Source: Eledone cirrhosa
Lineage: Eukaryota
Direction of reading: 5' to 3'
NCBI GenBank assembly: GCA_964016885.1
Contig: OZ024754.1
Location: 19,778,001-19,842,000 of the forward strand
Length of the DNA: 64,000 nt
This document shows positions 12,701-26,072 of the stretch, piece by piece. The notes below the pieces were generated by a model. That model was not told where the DNA came from and ran no database searches. It saw nothing but the letters and a program-made list of their open reading frames with translations. Within the stretch, counting starts at the first letter, position 1, and each line of letters starts with the position of its first letter. Both the position numbers and the translations under genes were made by a program.

Positions 12701-15700
12701 TCTCAGATCAAGTCACTTGCCAGACATGTACAACTGTGGCTAAAATGACTCTTCCATGATATAGTTACTTTAGTTTCAACACAGTCACAGATCAAGTCAC
12801 TTGCCAGACATGTACAAGTGTAGCAAAAATGACTCTTCAATGATATAGTTACTTTAGTTTCAACACAGTCACAGATCAAGTCACTTGCCAGACATGTACA
12901 ACTGTGACTAAAATGATTCTTCCATGATGTAGTTACTTTAGTTTCAAAACAATCTCAGATAAAGTCACTTGCCAGACATGTACAACTGTGGCTAAAATGA
13001 CTCTTCCATGATATAGTTACTTTAGTTTCAACACAGTCTCAGATCAAGTCACTTGCCAGACATGTTCAACTGTGGCTAATATGATTCTTCCATGATATAG
13101 TTACTTTAGTTTGGACACAGTCTCAGATCAAGTCACTTGCCAGACATGTACAACTGTGGCTAACCTGACTCTTCCATGATATAGTTACTTTAGTTTGAAC
13201 ACAGTCTTAGATCAAGTCACTTGCCAGACATGTACAACTGTGGATAAAATGACTCTTCCATGATATAGTTACTTTAGTTTCAACACAGTCACAGATCAAG
13301 ACTCTTACCAGACATCTACAACTGTAGCTAAAATGACTCTTCCATGATATAGTTACTTTAGTTTCAACACAGTCTCAGATCAAGTGACTTGCCGGACATG
13401 TACATCTCTGGTTAAAATGACTCTTCCATGATATAGTTACTTTAGTTTCACCACAGTCACAGGTCAAGTCACTTGCTTACATGTACAACTGTTGCTAAAA
13501 TGACTCTTCCATGATATAGTTACTTTAGTTTCACCACAGTCACAGATCAAGTGACTTGCCAGACATGTACAACTGTGGCTAAAATGACTCTTCCATGATA
13601 TAGTTACTTTAGTTTCAACACAGTCTCAGATCAAGTCACTTGCCAGACATGTACAACTGTAGCTAAAATTAATCTTCCATGATATAGTACTTTAGTTACA
13701 ACACAGACTCAGATCAAGTCACTTGCCAGACATGTACAACTGTGGCTAAAATCACTCTTCCATGATATTGTTACTTTAGTTTCAACACAGTCTCAGATCA
13801 AGTCACTTGTCAGACATGTACAACTGTGGCTAAAATGACTCTTCCATGATATAGTTACCTTAGTTTGAACACAGTCTTAGATCAAGTCACTTACCAGACA
13901 TGTAAAACTGTAGCTAACATGACTCTTCCATGATATAGTTACTTTAGTTTCAACACAGTCACAGATCAAGTCACTTACCAGACATGTAAAACTGTAGCTA
14001 ACATGACTCTTCCATGATATAGTTACTTTAGTTTCAACACAGTCTCAGAGAAAGTGACTTTCTAGACATGTACAACTGTGGCTAAAATGACTCTTCCATG
14101 ATATAGTTACTTTAGTTTCAACACGTTCACAGATCAATTCACTTGCCAGACATGTACAACTGTGGCTAAAATGACTCTTCCATGATATAGTTAATTTAGT
14201 TTCAACACAGTCAAAAATCAAGTCAATTACCATGGATGTACAACTGTGGCTAAAATGACTCTTCCATGATATAGTTACTTTAGTTTCAACACAGTCTCAG
14301 ACCAAGTCACTTACCAGACATGTACAACAGTGGCTAAAATGACTCTTCCATGATATAGTTACTTTAGTTTGAACACAGTCTTAGATCAAGTCACTTGCCA
14401 GACATGTACAACTGTGGCTAAAATAAGTCTTCCATGATATAGTTACTTTAGTTTCAACACAGTCTCAGATCAAGTCACTTGCCAGACATGTACAACTGTG
14501 GCTAAAATAACTCTTCCATGATATAATTACTTTAGTTTCAACACAGTCTCAGATCAAGTCACTTGCCAGGCATCTACAACTGTGGCTAAAATGACTCTAC
14601 CATGATATAGTTACTTTAGTTTCAACACGTTCACAGATTAAGTCACTTGCCAGACATATATAACTGTGGTTAAAATGACTATCCATGATATAGTTACTTT
14701 AGTTTCAACACAGTCACAGATCAAGTCACTTACCAGACATGTAAAACTGTAGCTAACATGACTCTTCCATGATATAGTTACTTTAGTTTCAACACAATCT
14801 CAGATCAAGTCACTTGCCAGACATGTTCAGCTGTGGCTAATATGACTCTTCCATGATATAGTTACTTTAGGTTCAACACAGTCTCAGATCAAGTGACTTT
14901 CTAGACATGTACAACTGTGGCTAAAATGACTCTTCCATGATATAGTTACTTTAGTTTCAACACAACCTCAGATCAAGTCACTTGTCAGACATCTACAACT
15001 GTGGCTAAAATGACCCTACCATGATATAGTTACTTTAGTTTCAACACAGTCACAGATCAAGTCACTTGCCAGACATGTACAAGTGTAGTAAAAATGACTC
15101 TTCAATGATATAGTTACTTTAGTTTCAACACAGTCACAGATCAAGTCACTTGCCAGACATGTACAAATGTGACTAAAATGATTCTTCCATGATATATTTA
15201 CTTTAGTTTCAACACAGTCTCAGATCAAGTCACTTGCCAGACATGTTCAGCTGTGGCTAATATGACTCTTCCATGATATAGTTACTTTAGTTACAACACA
15301 GTCTCAGATCAAGTCACTTGCCAGACATGTACAACTGTGGCTAAAATAACTCTTCCATGATATAGTTACTTTAGTTTCAACACAGTCTCAGATCAAGTCA
15401 CTTGCCAGGCATCTACAACTGTGGCTAAAATGACTCTACCATGATATAGTTACTTTTGTTTCAACACGTTCACAGATCAAGTCACTTGCCAGACATGTAC
15501 AACTGTGGCTAAAATGACTCTTCCATGATATAGTTAATTTAGTTTCAACACAGTCAAAAATCAAGTCAATTACCATGGATGTACAACTGTGGCTAAAATG
15601 ACTCTTCCATGATATAGTTACTTTAGTTTCAACACAACCTCAGATCAAGTCACTTGTCAGACATCTACAACTGTGGCTAAAACGACTCTACCATGATATA

Positions 15701-17549
15701 GTTACTTTAGTTTCAACACAGTCACAGATCAAGTCACTTGCCAGACATGTACAACTTTGGCTAAAATAACTCTTCTATGATATAGTTACTTTAGTTTCAA
15801 CACAGTCTCAGATCAAGTCACTTGCCAGACATGTACAACTGTGGCTAAAATAACTCTTCCATGATATAATTACTTTAGTTTCAACACAGTCTCAGATCAA
15901 GTCACTTGCCAGGCATCTACAACTGTGGCTAAAATGACTCTACCATGATATAGTTACTTTAGTTTCAACACGTTCACAGATCAAGTCACTTGCCAGACAT
16001 ATATAACTGTGGCTAAAATGACTATCCATGATATAGTTACTTTAGTTTCAACACAGTCACAGATCAAGTCACTTACCAGACATGTAAAACTGTAGCTAAC
16101 ATGACTCTTCCATGATATAGTTACTTTAGTTTCAACACAGTCTCAGATCAAGTGACTTTCTAGACATGTACAACTGTGGCTAAAATGACTCTTCCATGAT
16201 ATAGTTACTTTAGTTTCAACACAGTCTCAGATCAAGTGACTTTCTAGACATGTACAACTGTGGCTAAAATGACTCTTCCATGATATATTTACTTTAGTTT
16301 CAACACAACCTCAGATCAAGTCACTTGTCAGACATCTACAACTGTGGCTAAAATGACTCTACCATGATATAGTTACTTTAGTTTCAACACAGTCACAGAT
16401 CAGGTCACTTGCCAGACATGTACAAGTGTAGCAAAAATGACTCTTCAATGATATAGTTACTTTAGTTTCAACACAGTCACAGATCAAGTCACTTGCCAGA
16501 CATGTACAACTGTGACTAAAATGATTCTTCCATGATATAGTTACTTTAGTTTCAAAACAATCTCAGATAAAGTCACTTGACAGACATGTACAACTGTGGC
16601 TAAAATGACACTTCCATGATATAGTTACTTTAGTTTCAACACAGTCTCAGATCAAGTCACTTGCCAGACATGTTCAACTGTGGCTAATATGACTCTTCCA
16701 TGATATAGTTACTTTAGTTTGGACACAGTCTCAGATCAAGTCACTTGCCAGACATGTACATCTGTGGCTAACATGACTCTTCCATGATATAGTTACTTTA
16801 GTTTGAACACAGTCTTAGATCAAGTCACTTACCAGACATGTACAACTGTGGCTAAAATGACTCTACCATGATATAGTTACTTTAGTTTCAACACGTTCAC
16901 AGATCAAGTCACTTGACAGACATATATAACTGTGGCTAAAATGACTATCCATGATATAGTTACTTTAGTTTCAACACAGTCACAGATCAAGTCACTTACC
17001 AGACATGTAAAACTGTAGCTAACATGACTCTTCCATGATATAGTTACTTTAGTTTCAACACAGTCTCAGATCAAGTGACTTTCTAGACATGTACAACTGT
17101 GGCTAAAATGACTCTTCCATGATATAGTTACTTTAGTTTCAACACAACCTCAGATCAAGTCACTTGTCAGACATCTACAACTGTGGCTAAAATGACTCTA
17201 CCATGATATAGTTACTTTAGTTTCAACACAGTCACAGATCAAGTCACTTGCCAGACATGTACAAGTGTAGCAAAAATGACTCTTCAATGATATAGTTACT
17301 TTAGTTTCAACACAGTCACAGATCAAGTCACTTACCAGACATGTACAACTGAGGCTAAAATGACTCTTCCATGATATAGTTACTTTAGTTTCACCACAGT
17401 CACAGATCAAGTCACTTGCCAGACATGTACAACTGTGGATAAAATGACTCTTCCATGATATAGTTACTTTAGTTTCAACACAGTCACAGATCAAGACACT
17501 TACCAGACATCTACAACTGTAGCTAAAATGACTCTTCCATGATATAGTT

Positions 17550-20500
17550 ACTTTAGTTTCAACACAGTCTCAGATCAAGTGACTTGCCAGACATGTACAT
17601 CTCTGGTTAAAATGACCCTTCCATGATATAGTTACTTTAGTTTCACCACAGTCACAGATCAAGTGACTTGCCAGACATGTACAACTGTGGCTAAAATGAC
17701 TCTTCCATGATATAGTTACTTTAGTTTCAACACAGTCTCAGATCAAGTCACTTGCCAGACATGTACAACTGTAGCTAAAATTAATCTTCCATGATATAGT
17801 ACTTTAGTTACAACACAGTCTCAGATCAAGTCACTTGCCAGACATGTACAACTGTGGCTAAAATCACTCTTCCATGATATAGTTACTTTAGTTTCAACAC
17901 AGTCTCAGATCAAGTCACTTGTCAGACATGTACAACTGTGGCTAAAATGACTCTTCCATGATATAGTTACTTTAGTTTGAACACAGTCTTAGATCAAGTC
18001 ACTTGCCAGACATGTACAACTGTGGCTAAAATAACTCTTCCATGATATAGTTACTTTAGTTTCAACACAGTCTCAGATAAAGTCACTTGCCAGAAATGTA
18101 CAACTGTGGCTAAAATGACTGTTCCATGATATAGTTACTTTAGTTTCAACGCAGTCTCAGATCAAGTCACTTGCCAGACATGTACAACTGTGACTAAATT
18201 GATTCATCCATGATATAGTTACTTTAGTTTCAACACAATCTCAGATTAAGTCACTTGCCAGACATCTACAACTGTGGCTAAAATGACTATCCATGATATA
18301 GTTACTTTAGTTTCAACACAGTCACAGATCAAGTCACTTACCAGACATGTAAAACTGTAGCTAACATGACTCTTCCATGATATAGTTACTTTAGTTTCAA
18401 CACAGACTCAGATCAAGTGACTTTCTAGACATGTACAACTCTGGCTAAAATGACTCTTCCATGATATAGTTACTTTAGTTTCAACACAACCTCAGATCAA
18501 GTCACTTACCAGACATGTAAAACTGTAGCTAACATGACTCCTCCATGATATAGTTACTTTAGTTTCAACACAGTCTCAGATCAAGTGACTTTCTAGACAT
18601 GTACAACTGTGGCTAAATTGATTCTTCCATGATATAGTTACTTTAGTTTCAACACAATCTCAGATCAAGTCACTTGCCAGACATCTACAACTGTGGCTAA
18701 AATGACTCTTCCATGATATAGTTACTTTAGTCTCAACACAGACTCAGATCAAGTCACTTGCCAGACATGTACAACTGTGGCTAAAATGACTCTTCCATGA
18801 TATAGTTACTTTAGATTCAACACAATCTCAGATCAAGTCACTTACCATACATGTACAACTTTGGCTAGAATGACTCTTCCATGAATTAGTTACTTTAGTT
18901 TCAACACAATCTAAGATCAAGTCACTTGCCAGACATGTGCAACTGTGGCTAGAATGACTCATCAATGATATAGTTACTTTAGTTTCAACACAATCTCAGA
19001 TCAAGTCACTTGCCAGACATGTACAACTGTGGCTAAAATGACTCTTCCATGATATAGTTACTTTAGATTCAACACAATCTCAGATCAAGTCACTTACCAT
19101 ACATGTACAACTGTGGCTAGAATGACTCTTCCATGATTTAGTTACTTTAGTTTCAACACAATCTCAGATCAAGTCACTTGCCAGATATGTACAACTGTGG
19201 CTAAAATGACTCTTCCATGATATAGTTACTTTAGATTCAACACAATCTCAGATCAAGTCACTTACCATACATGTACAACTGTGGCTAGAATGACTCTTCC
19301 ATGATTTAGTTACTTTAGTTTCAACACAATCTCAGATCAAGTCACTTGCCAGACATGTACAACTGTAGCTAGAATGACTCTTCCATGATATAGTTACTTT
19401 AGTTTCAACACAGTCTCAGATCAAGTGACTTGCCAGACATGTACATCTCTGGTTAAAATGACCCTTCCATGATATAGTTACTTTAGTTTCACTACAGTCA
19501 CAGGTAAAGTCACTTGCATACATGTACAACTGTGGCTAAAATGACTCTTCCATGATATAGTTACTTTAGTTTCACCACAGTCACAGATCAAGTGATTTGC
19601 CAGACATGTACAACTGTGGCTAAAATGACTCTTCCATGATATAGTTACTTTAGTTTCAACACAGTCTCAGATCAAGTCACTTGCCAGACATGTACAACTG
19701 TAGCTAAAATTAATCTTCCATGATATAGTACTTTAGTTACAACACAGTCTCAGATCAAGTCACTTGCCAGACATCTACAACTGTGGCTAAAATGACTCTT
19801 CCATGATATAGTTACTTTAGATTCAACACAATCTCAGATCAAGTCACTTACCATACATGTACAACTGTGGCTAGAATGACTCTTCCATGAATTAGTTACT
19901 TTAGTTTCAACACAATCTAAGATCAAGTCACTTGCCAGACATGTGCAACTGTGGCTAGAATGACTCATCAATGATATAGTTACTTTAGTTTCAACACAAT
20001 CTCAGATCAAGTCACTTGCCAGACATGTACAACTGTGGCTAAAATGACTCTTCCATGATATAGTTACTTTAGATTCAACACAATCTCAGATCAAGTCACT
20101 TACCATACATGTACAACTGTGGCTAGAATGACTCTTCCATGATTTAGTTACTTTAGTTTCAACACAATCTCAGATCAAGTCACTTGCCAGACATGTAGCT
20201 AAAATGACTCTTCCATGATATAGTTACTTTAGTTTCAACACAGTCTCAGATCAAGTGACTTGCCAGACATGTACATCTCTGGTTAAAATGACCCTTCCAT
20301 GATATAGTTACTTTAGTTTCACTACAGTCACAGGTCAAGTCACTTGCATACATGTACAACTGTGGCTAAAATGACTCTTCCATGATATATTTACTTTAGT
20401 TTCACCACAGTCACAGATCAAGTGACTTGCCAGACATGTACAACTGTGGCTAAACTGACTCTTCCATGATATAGTTACTTTAGTTTCAACACAGTCTCAG

Positions 20501-23500
20501 ATCAAGTCACTTGCCAGACATGTACAACTGTAGCTAAAATTAATCTTCCATGATATAGTACTTTAGTTACAACACAGTCTCAGATCAAGTCACTTGCCAG
20601 ACATGTACAACTGTGGCTAAAATCACTCTTCCATGATATAGTTACTTTAGTTTCAACACAGTCTCAGATCAAGTCACTTGTCAGACATGTACAACTGTGG
20701 CTAAAATGACTCTTCCATGATATAGTTACTTTAGTTTGAACACAGTCTTAGATCAAGTCACTTGCCAGACATGTACAACTGTGGCTAAAATATCTCTTCC
20801 ATGATATAGTTACTTTAGTTTCAACACAGTCTCAGATAAAGTCACTTGCCAGAAATGTACAACTGTGGCTAAAATGACTGTTCCATGATATAGTTACTTT
20901 AGTTTCAACGCAGTCTCAGATCAAGTCACTTGCCAGACATGTACAACTGTGACTAAATTGATTCTTCCATGATATAGTTACTTTAGTTTCAACACAATCT
21001 CAGATCAAGTCACTTGCCAGACATCTAGAACTGTGGCTAAAATGACTATCCATGATATAGTTACTTTAGTTTCAACACAGTCACAGATCAAGTCACTTAC
21101 CAGACATGTAAAACTGTAGCTAACATGACTCTTCCATGATATAGTTACTTTAGTTTCAACACAGTCTCAGATCAAGTGACTTTCTAGACATGTACAACTG
21201 TGGCTAAAATGACTCTTCCATGATATAGTTACTTTAGTTTCAACACAACCTCAGATCAAGTCACTTACCAGACATGTAAAACTGTAGCTAACATGACTCT
21301 TCCATGATATAGTTACTTTAGTTTCAACACAGTCTCAGATCAAGTGACTTTCTAGACATGTACAACTGTGGCTAAATTGATTCTTCCATGATATAGTTAC
21401 TTTAGTTTCAACACAATCTCAGATCAAGTCACTTGCCAGACATCTACAACTGTGGCTAAAATGACTCTTCCATGATATAGTTACTTTAGTCTCAACACAG
21501 ACTCAGATCAAGTCACTTGCCAGACATGTACAACTGTGGCTAAAATGACTCTTCCATGATATAGTTACTTTAGATTCAACACAATCTCAGATCAAGTCAC
21601 TTACCATACATGTACAACTGTGGCTAGAATGACTCTTCCATGAATTAGTTACTTTAGTTTCAACACAATCTAAGATCAAGTCACTTGCCAGACATGTGCA
21701 ACGGTGGCTAGAATGACTCATCAATGATATAGTTACTTTAGTTTCAACACAATCTCAGATCAAGTCACTTGCCAGACATGTACAACTGTGGCTAAAATGA
21801 CTCTTCCATGATATAGTTACTTTAGATTCAACACAATCTCAGATCAAGTCACTTACCATACATGTACAACTGTGGCTAGAATGACTCTTCCATGATTTAG
21901 TTACTTTAGTTTCAACACAATCTCAGATCAAGTCACTTGCCAGATATGTACAACTGTGGCTAAAATGACTCTTCCATGATATAGTTACTTTAGATTCAAC
22001 ACAATCTCAGATCAAGTCACTTGCCAGACATGTACATCTCTGGTTAAAATGACCCTTCCATGATATAGTTACTTTAGTTTCACTACAGTCAAAGGTCAAG
22101 TCACTTGCATACATGTACAACTGTGGCTAAAATGACTCTTCCATGATATAGTTACTTTAGTTTCACCACAGTCACAGATCAAGTGACTTGCCAGACATGT
22201 ACAACTGTGGCTAAAATGACTCTTCCATGATATAGTTACTTTAGTTTCAACACAGTCTCAGATCAAGTCACTTGCCAGACATGTACAACTGTAGCTAAAA
22301 TTAATCTTCCATGATATAGTACTTTAGTTACAACACAGTCTCAGATCAAGTCACTTGCCAGACATCTACAACTGTGGCTAAAATGACTCTTCCATGATAT
22401 AGTTACTTTAGTCTCAACACAGACTCAGATCAAGTCACTTGCCAGACATGTACAACTGTGGCTAAAATGACTCTTCCATGATATAGTTACTTTAGATTCA
22501 ACACAATCTCAGATCAAGTCACTTACCATACATGTACAACTGTGGCTAGAATGACTCTTCCATGAATTAGTTACTTTAGTTTCAACACAATCTAAGATCA
22601 AGTCACTTGCCAGACATGTGCAACTGTGGCTAGAATGACTCATCAATGATATAGTTACTTTAGTTTCAACACAATCTCAGATCAGGTCACTTGCCAGACA
22701 TGTACAACTGTGGCTAAAATGACTCTTCCATGATATAGTTACTTTAGATTCAACACAATCTCAGATCAAGTCACTTACCATACATGTACAACTGTGGCTA
22801 GAATGACTCTTCCATGATTTAGTTACTTTAGTTTCAACACAATCTCAGATCAAGTCACTTGCCAGACATGTACAACTGTAGCTAAAATGACTCTTCCATG
22901 ATATAGTTACTTTAGTTTCAACACAGTCTCAGATCAAGTGACTTGCCAGACATGTACATCTCTGGTTAAAATGACCCTTCCATGATATAGTTACTTTAGT
23001 TTCACTACAGTCACAGGTCAAGTCACTTGCATACATGTACAACTGTGGCTAAAATGACTCTTCCATGATATATTTACTTTAGTTTCACCACAGTCACAGA
23101 TCAAGTGACTTGCCAGACATGTACAACTGTGGCTAAAATGACTCTTCCATGATATAGTACTTTAGTTACAACACAGTCTCAGATCAAGTCACTTGCCAGA
23201 CATGTACAACTGTGGCTAAAATCACTCTTCCATGATATAGTTACTTTAGTTTCAACACAGTCTCAGATCAAGTCACTTGTCAGACATGTACAACTGTGGC
23301 TAAAATGACTCTTCCATGATATAGTTACTTTAGTTTGAACACAGTCTTAGATCAAGTCACTTGCCAGACATGTACAACTGTGGCTAAAATAACTCTTCCA
23401 TGATATAGTTACTTTAGTTTCAACACAGTCTCAGATAAAGTCACTTGCCAGAAATGTACAACTGAGGCTAAAATGACTGTTCCATGATATAGTTACTTTA

Positions 23501-26070
23501 GTTTCAACGCAGTCTCAGATCAAGTCACTTGCCAGACATGTACAACTGTGACTAAATTGATTCTTCCATGATATAGTTACTTTAGTTTCAACACAATCTC
23601 AGATCAAGTCACTTGCCAGACATCTACAACTGTGGCTAAAATGACTATCCATGATATAGTTACTTTAGTTTCAACACAGTCACAGATCAAGTCACTTACC
23701 AGACATGTAAAACTGTAACTAACATGACTCTTCCATGATATAGTTACTTTAGTTTCAACACAGTCTCAGATCAAGTGACTTTCTAGACATGTACAACTGT
23801 GGCTAAAATGACTCTTCCATGATATAGTTACTTTAGTTTCAAAACAGTCACAGATCAAGTCACTTGCCAGACATGTACAAGTGTAGCAAAAATGACTCTT
23901 CAATGATATAGTTACTTTAGTTTCAACACAATCTCAGATCAAGTCACTTGCCAGGGATGTACAACTGTAACTAAAATGACTCTTCCATGATATAGTTACT
24001 TTAGTTTCAACAAAGTCACAGATCAAGTCACTTGCCAGACATGTACAACTGTGACTAAAATGATTCTTCCATGATATAGTTACTTTAGTTTCAAAACAAT
24101 CTCAGATAAAGTCACTTGCCAGACATGTACAACTGTGGCTAACATGACTCTTCCATGGTATGGTTACTTGAGTTTCAACACAGTCTCAGATCAAGTCACT
24201 TGCCAGACATGTTCAACTGTGGCTAATATGACTCTTCCATGATATAGTTACTTTAGTTTGGACACAGTCTCAGATCAAGTCACTTACCATACATGTACAA
24301 CTGTGGCTAGAATGACTCTTCCATGATTTAGTTACTTTAGTTTCAACACAATCTCAGATCAAGTCACTTGCCAGATATGTACAACTGTGGCTAAAATGAC
24401 TCTTCCATGATATAGTTACTTTAGATTCAACACAATCTCAGATCAAGTCACTTACCATACATGTACAACTGTGGCTAGAATGACTCTTCCATGATTTAGT
24501 TACTTTAGTTTCAACACAATCTCAGATCAAGTCACTTACCATACATGTACAACTGTGGCTAAAATGACTCTTCCATGATATAGTTACTTTAGATTCAACA
24601 CAATCTCAGATCAAGTCACTTACCATACATGTACAACTGTGGCTAGAATGACTCTTCCATGAATTAGTTACTTTAGTTTCAACACAATCTAAGATCAAGT
24701 CACTTGCCAGACATGTGCAACTGTGGCTAGAATGACTCATCAATGATATAGTTACTTTAGTTTCAACACAATCTCAGATCAAGTCACTTGCCAGACATGT
24801 ACAACTGTGGCTAAAATGACTCTTCCATGATATAGTTACTTTCGATTCAACACAATCTCAGATCAAGTCACTTACCATACATGTACAACTGTGGCTAGAA
24901 TGACTCTTCCATGATTTAGTTACTTTAGTTTCAACACAATCTCAGATCAAGTCACTTGCCAGACATGTACAACTGTAGCTAAAATGACTCTTCCATGATA
25001 TAGTTACTTTAGTTTCAACACAGTCTCAGATCAAGTGACTTGCCAGACATGTACATCTCTGGTTAAAATGACCCTTCCATGATATAGTTACTTTAGTTTC
25101 ACTACAGTCACAGGTCAAGTCACTTGCATACATGTACAACTGTGGCTAAAATGACTCTTCCATGATATATTTACTTTAGTTTCACCACAGTCACAGATCA
25201 AGTGACTTGCCAGACATGTACAACTGTGGCTAAAATGACTCTTCCATGATATAGTTACTTTAGATTCAACACAGTTTCAGATCAAGTCACTTGCCAGACA
25301 TGTACAACTGTAGCTAAAATTAATCTTCCATGATATAGTACTTTAGTTACAACACAGACTCAGATCAAGTCACTTGCCAGACATGTACAACTGTGGCTAA
25401 AATCACTCTTCCATGATATAGTTACTTTAGTTTCAACACAGTCTCAGATCAAGTCACTTGTCAGACATGTACAACTGTGGCTAAAATGACTCTTCCATGA
25501 TATAGTTACTTTAGTTTGAACACAGTCTTAGATCAAGTCACTTGCCAGACATGTACAACTGTGGCTAAAATAACTCTTCCATGATATAGTTACTTTAGTT
25601 TCAACACAGTCTCAGATAAAGTCACTTGCCAGAAATGTACAACTGTGGCTAAAATGACTGTTCCATGATATAGTTACTTTAGTTTCAACGCAGTCTCAGA
25701 TCAAGTCACTTGCCAGACATGTACAACTGTGACTAAATTGATTCTTCCATGATATAGTTACTTTAGTTTCAACACAATCTCAGATCAAGTCACTTGCCAG
25801 ACATCTACAACTGTGGCTAAAATGACTATCCATGATATAGTTACTTTAGTTTCAACACAGTCACAGATCAAGTCACTTACCAGACATGTAAAACTGTAAC
25901 TAACATGACTCTTCCATGATATAGTTACTTTAGTTTCAACACAGTCTCAGATCAAGTGACTTTCTAGACATGTACAACTGTGGCTAAAATGACTCTTCCA
26001 TGATATAGTTACTTTAGTTTCAACACAACCTCAGATCAAGTCACTTACCAGACATGTAAAACTGTAGCTA
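17550..26070. repeat. Irregular higher-order repeat: four related blocks of about 2.2-2.8 kb
   Basis: The marker pair CAGAAATGTAC followed by TTCAACGCAG recurs at 18091, 20850, 23449 and 25630 (spacings 2759, 2599, 2181), with conserved order of neighbouring monomers. It appears again at 33936 and 35697. Confidence 0.8.
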
Positions 26071-26072
26071 AC

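Noticed and set aside
14045-14233. 62-aa minus-strand ORF with a Cys/His-rich 28-aa repeat
   Set aside because: It is a translation of the satellite. The frame is open only where the consensus stop (TCTCAGA on +, TGA on -) is mutated in adjacent monomers. There is no non-repetitive gene context.
17198-17494. 98-aa ORF (ICDCVETKVTISWKSHFSHSCTCLASDL)n, superficially metal-binding
   Set aside because: It is a chance run of consecutive TCACAGA (TGT) monomers. The Cys/His spacing does not match C2H2, LIM or RING patterns, and neighbouring monomers carry TGA or TAA at the same codon.
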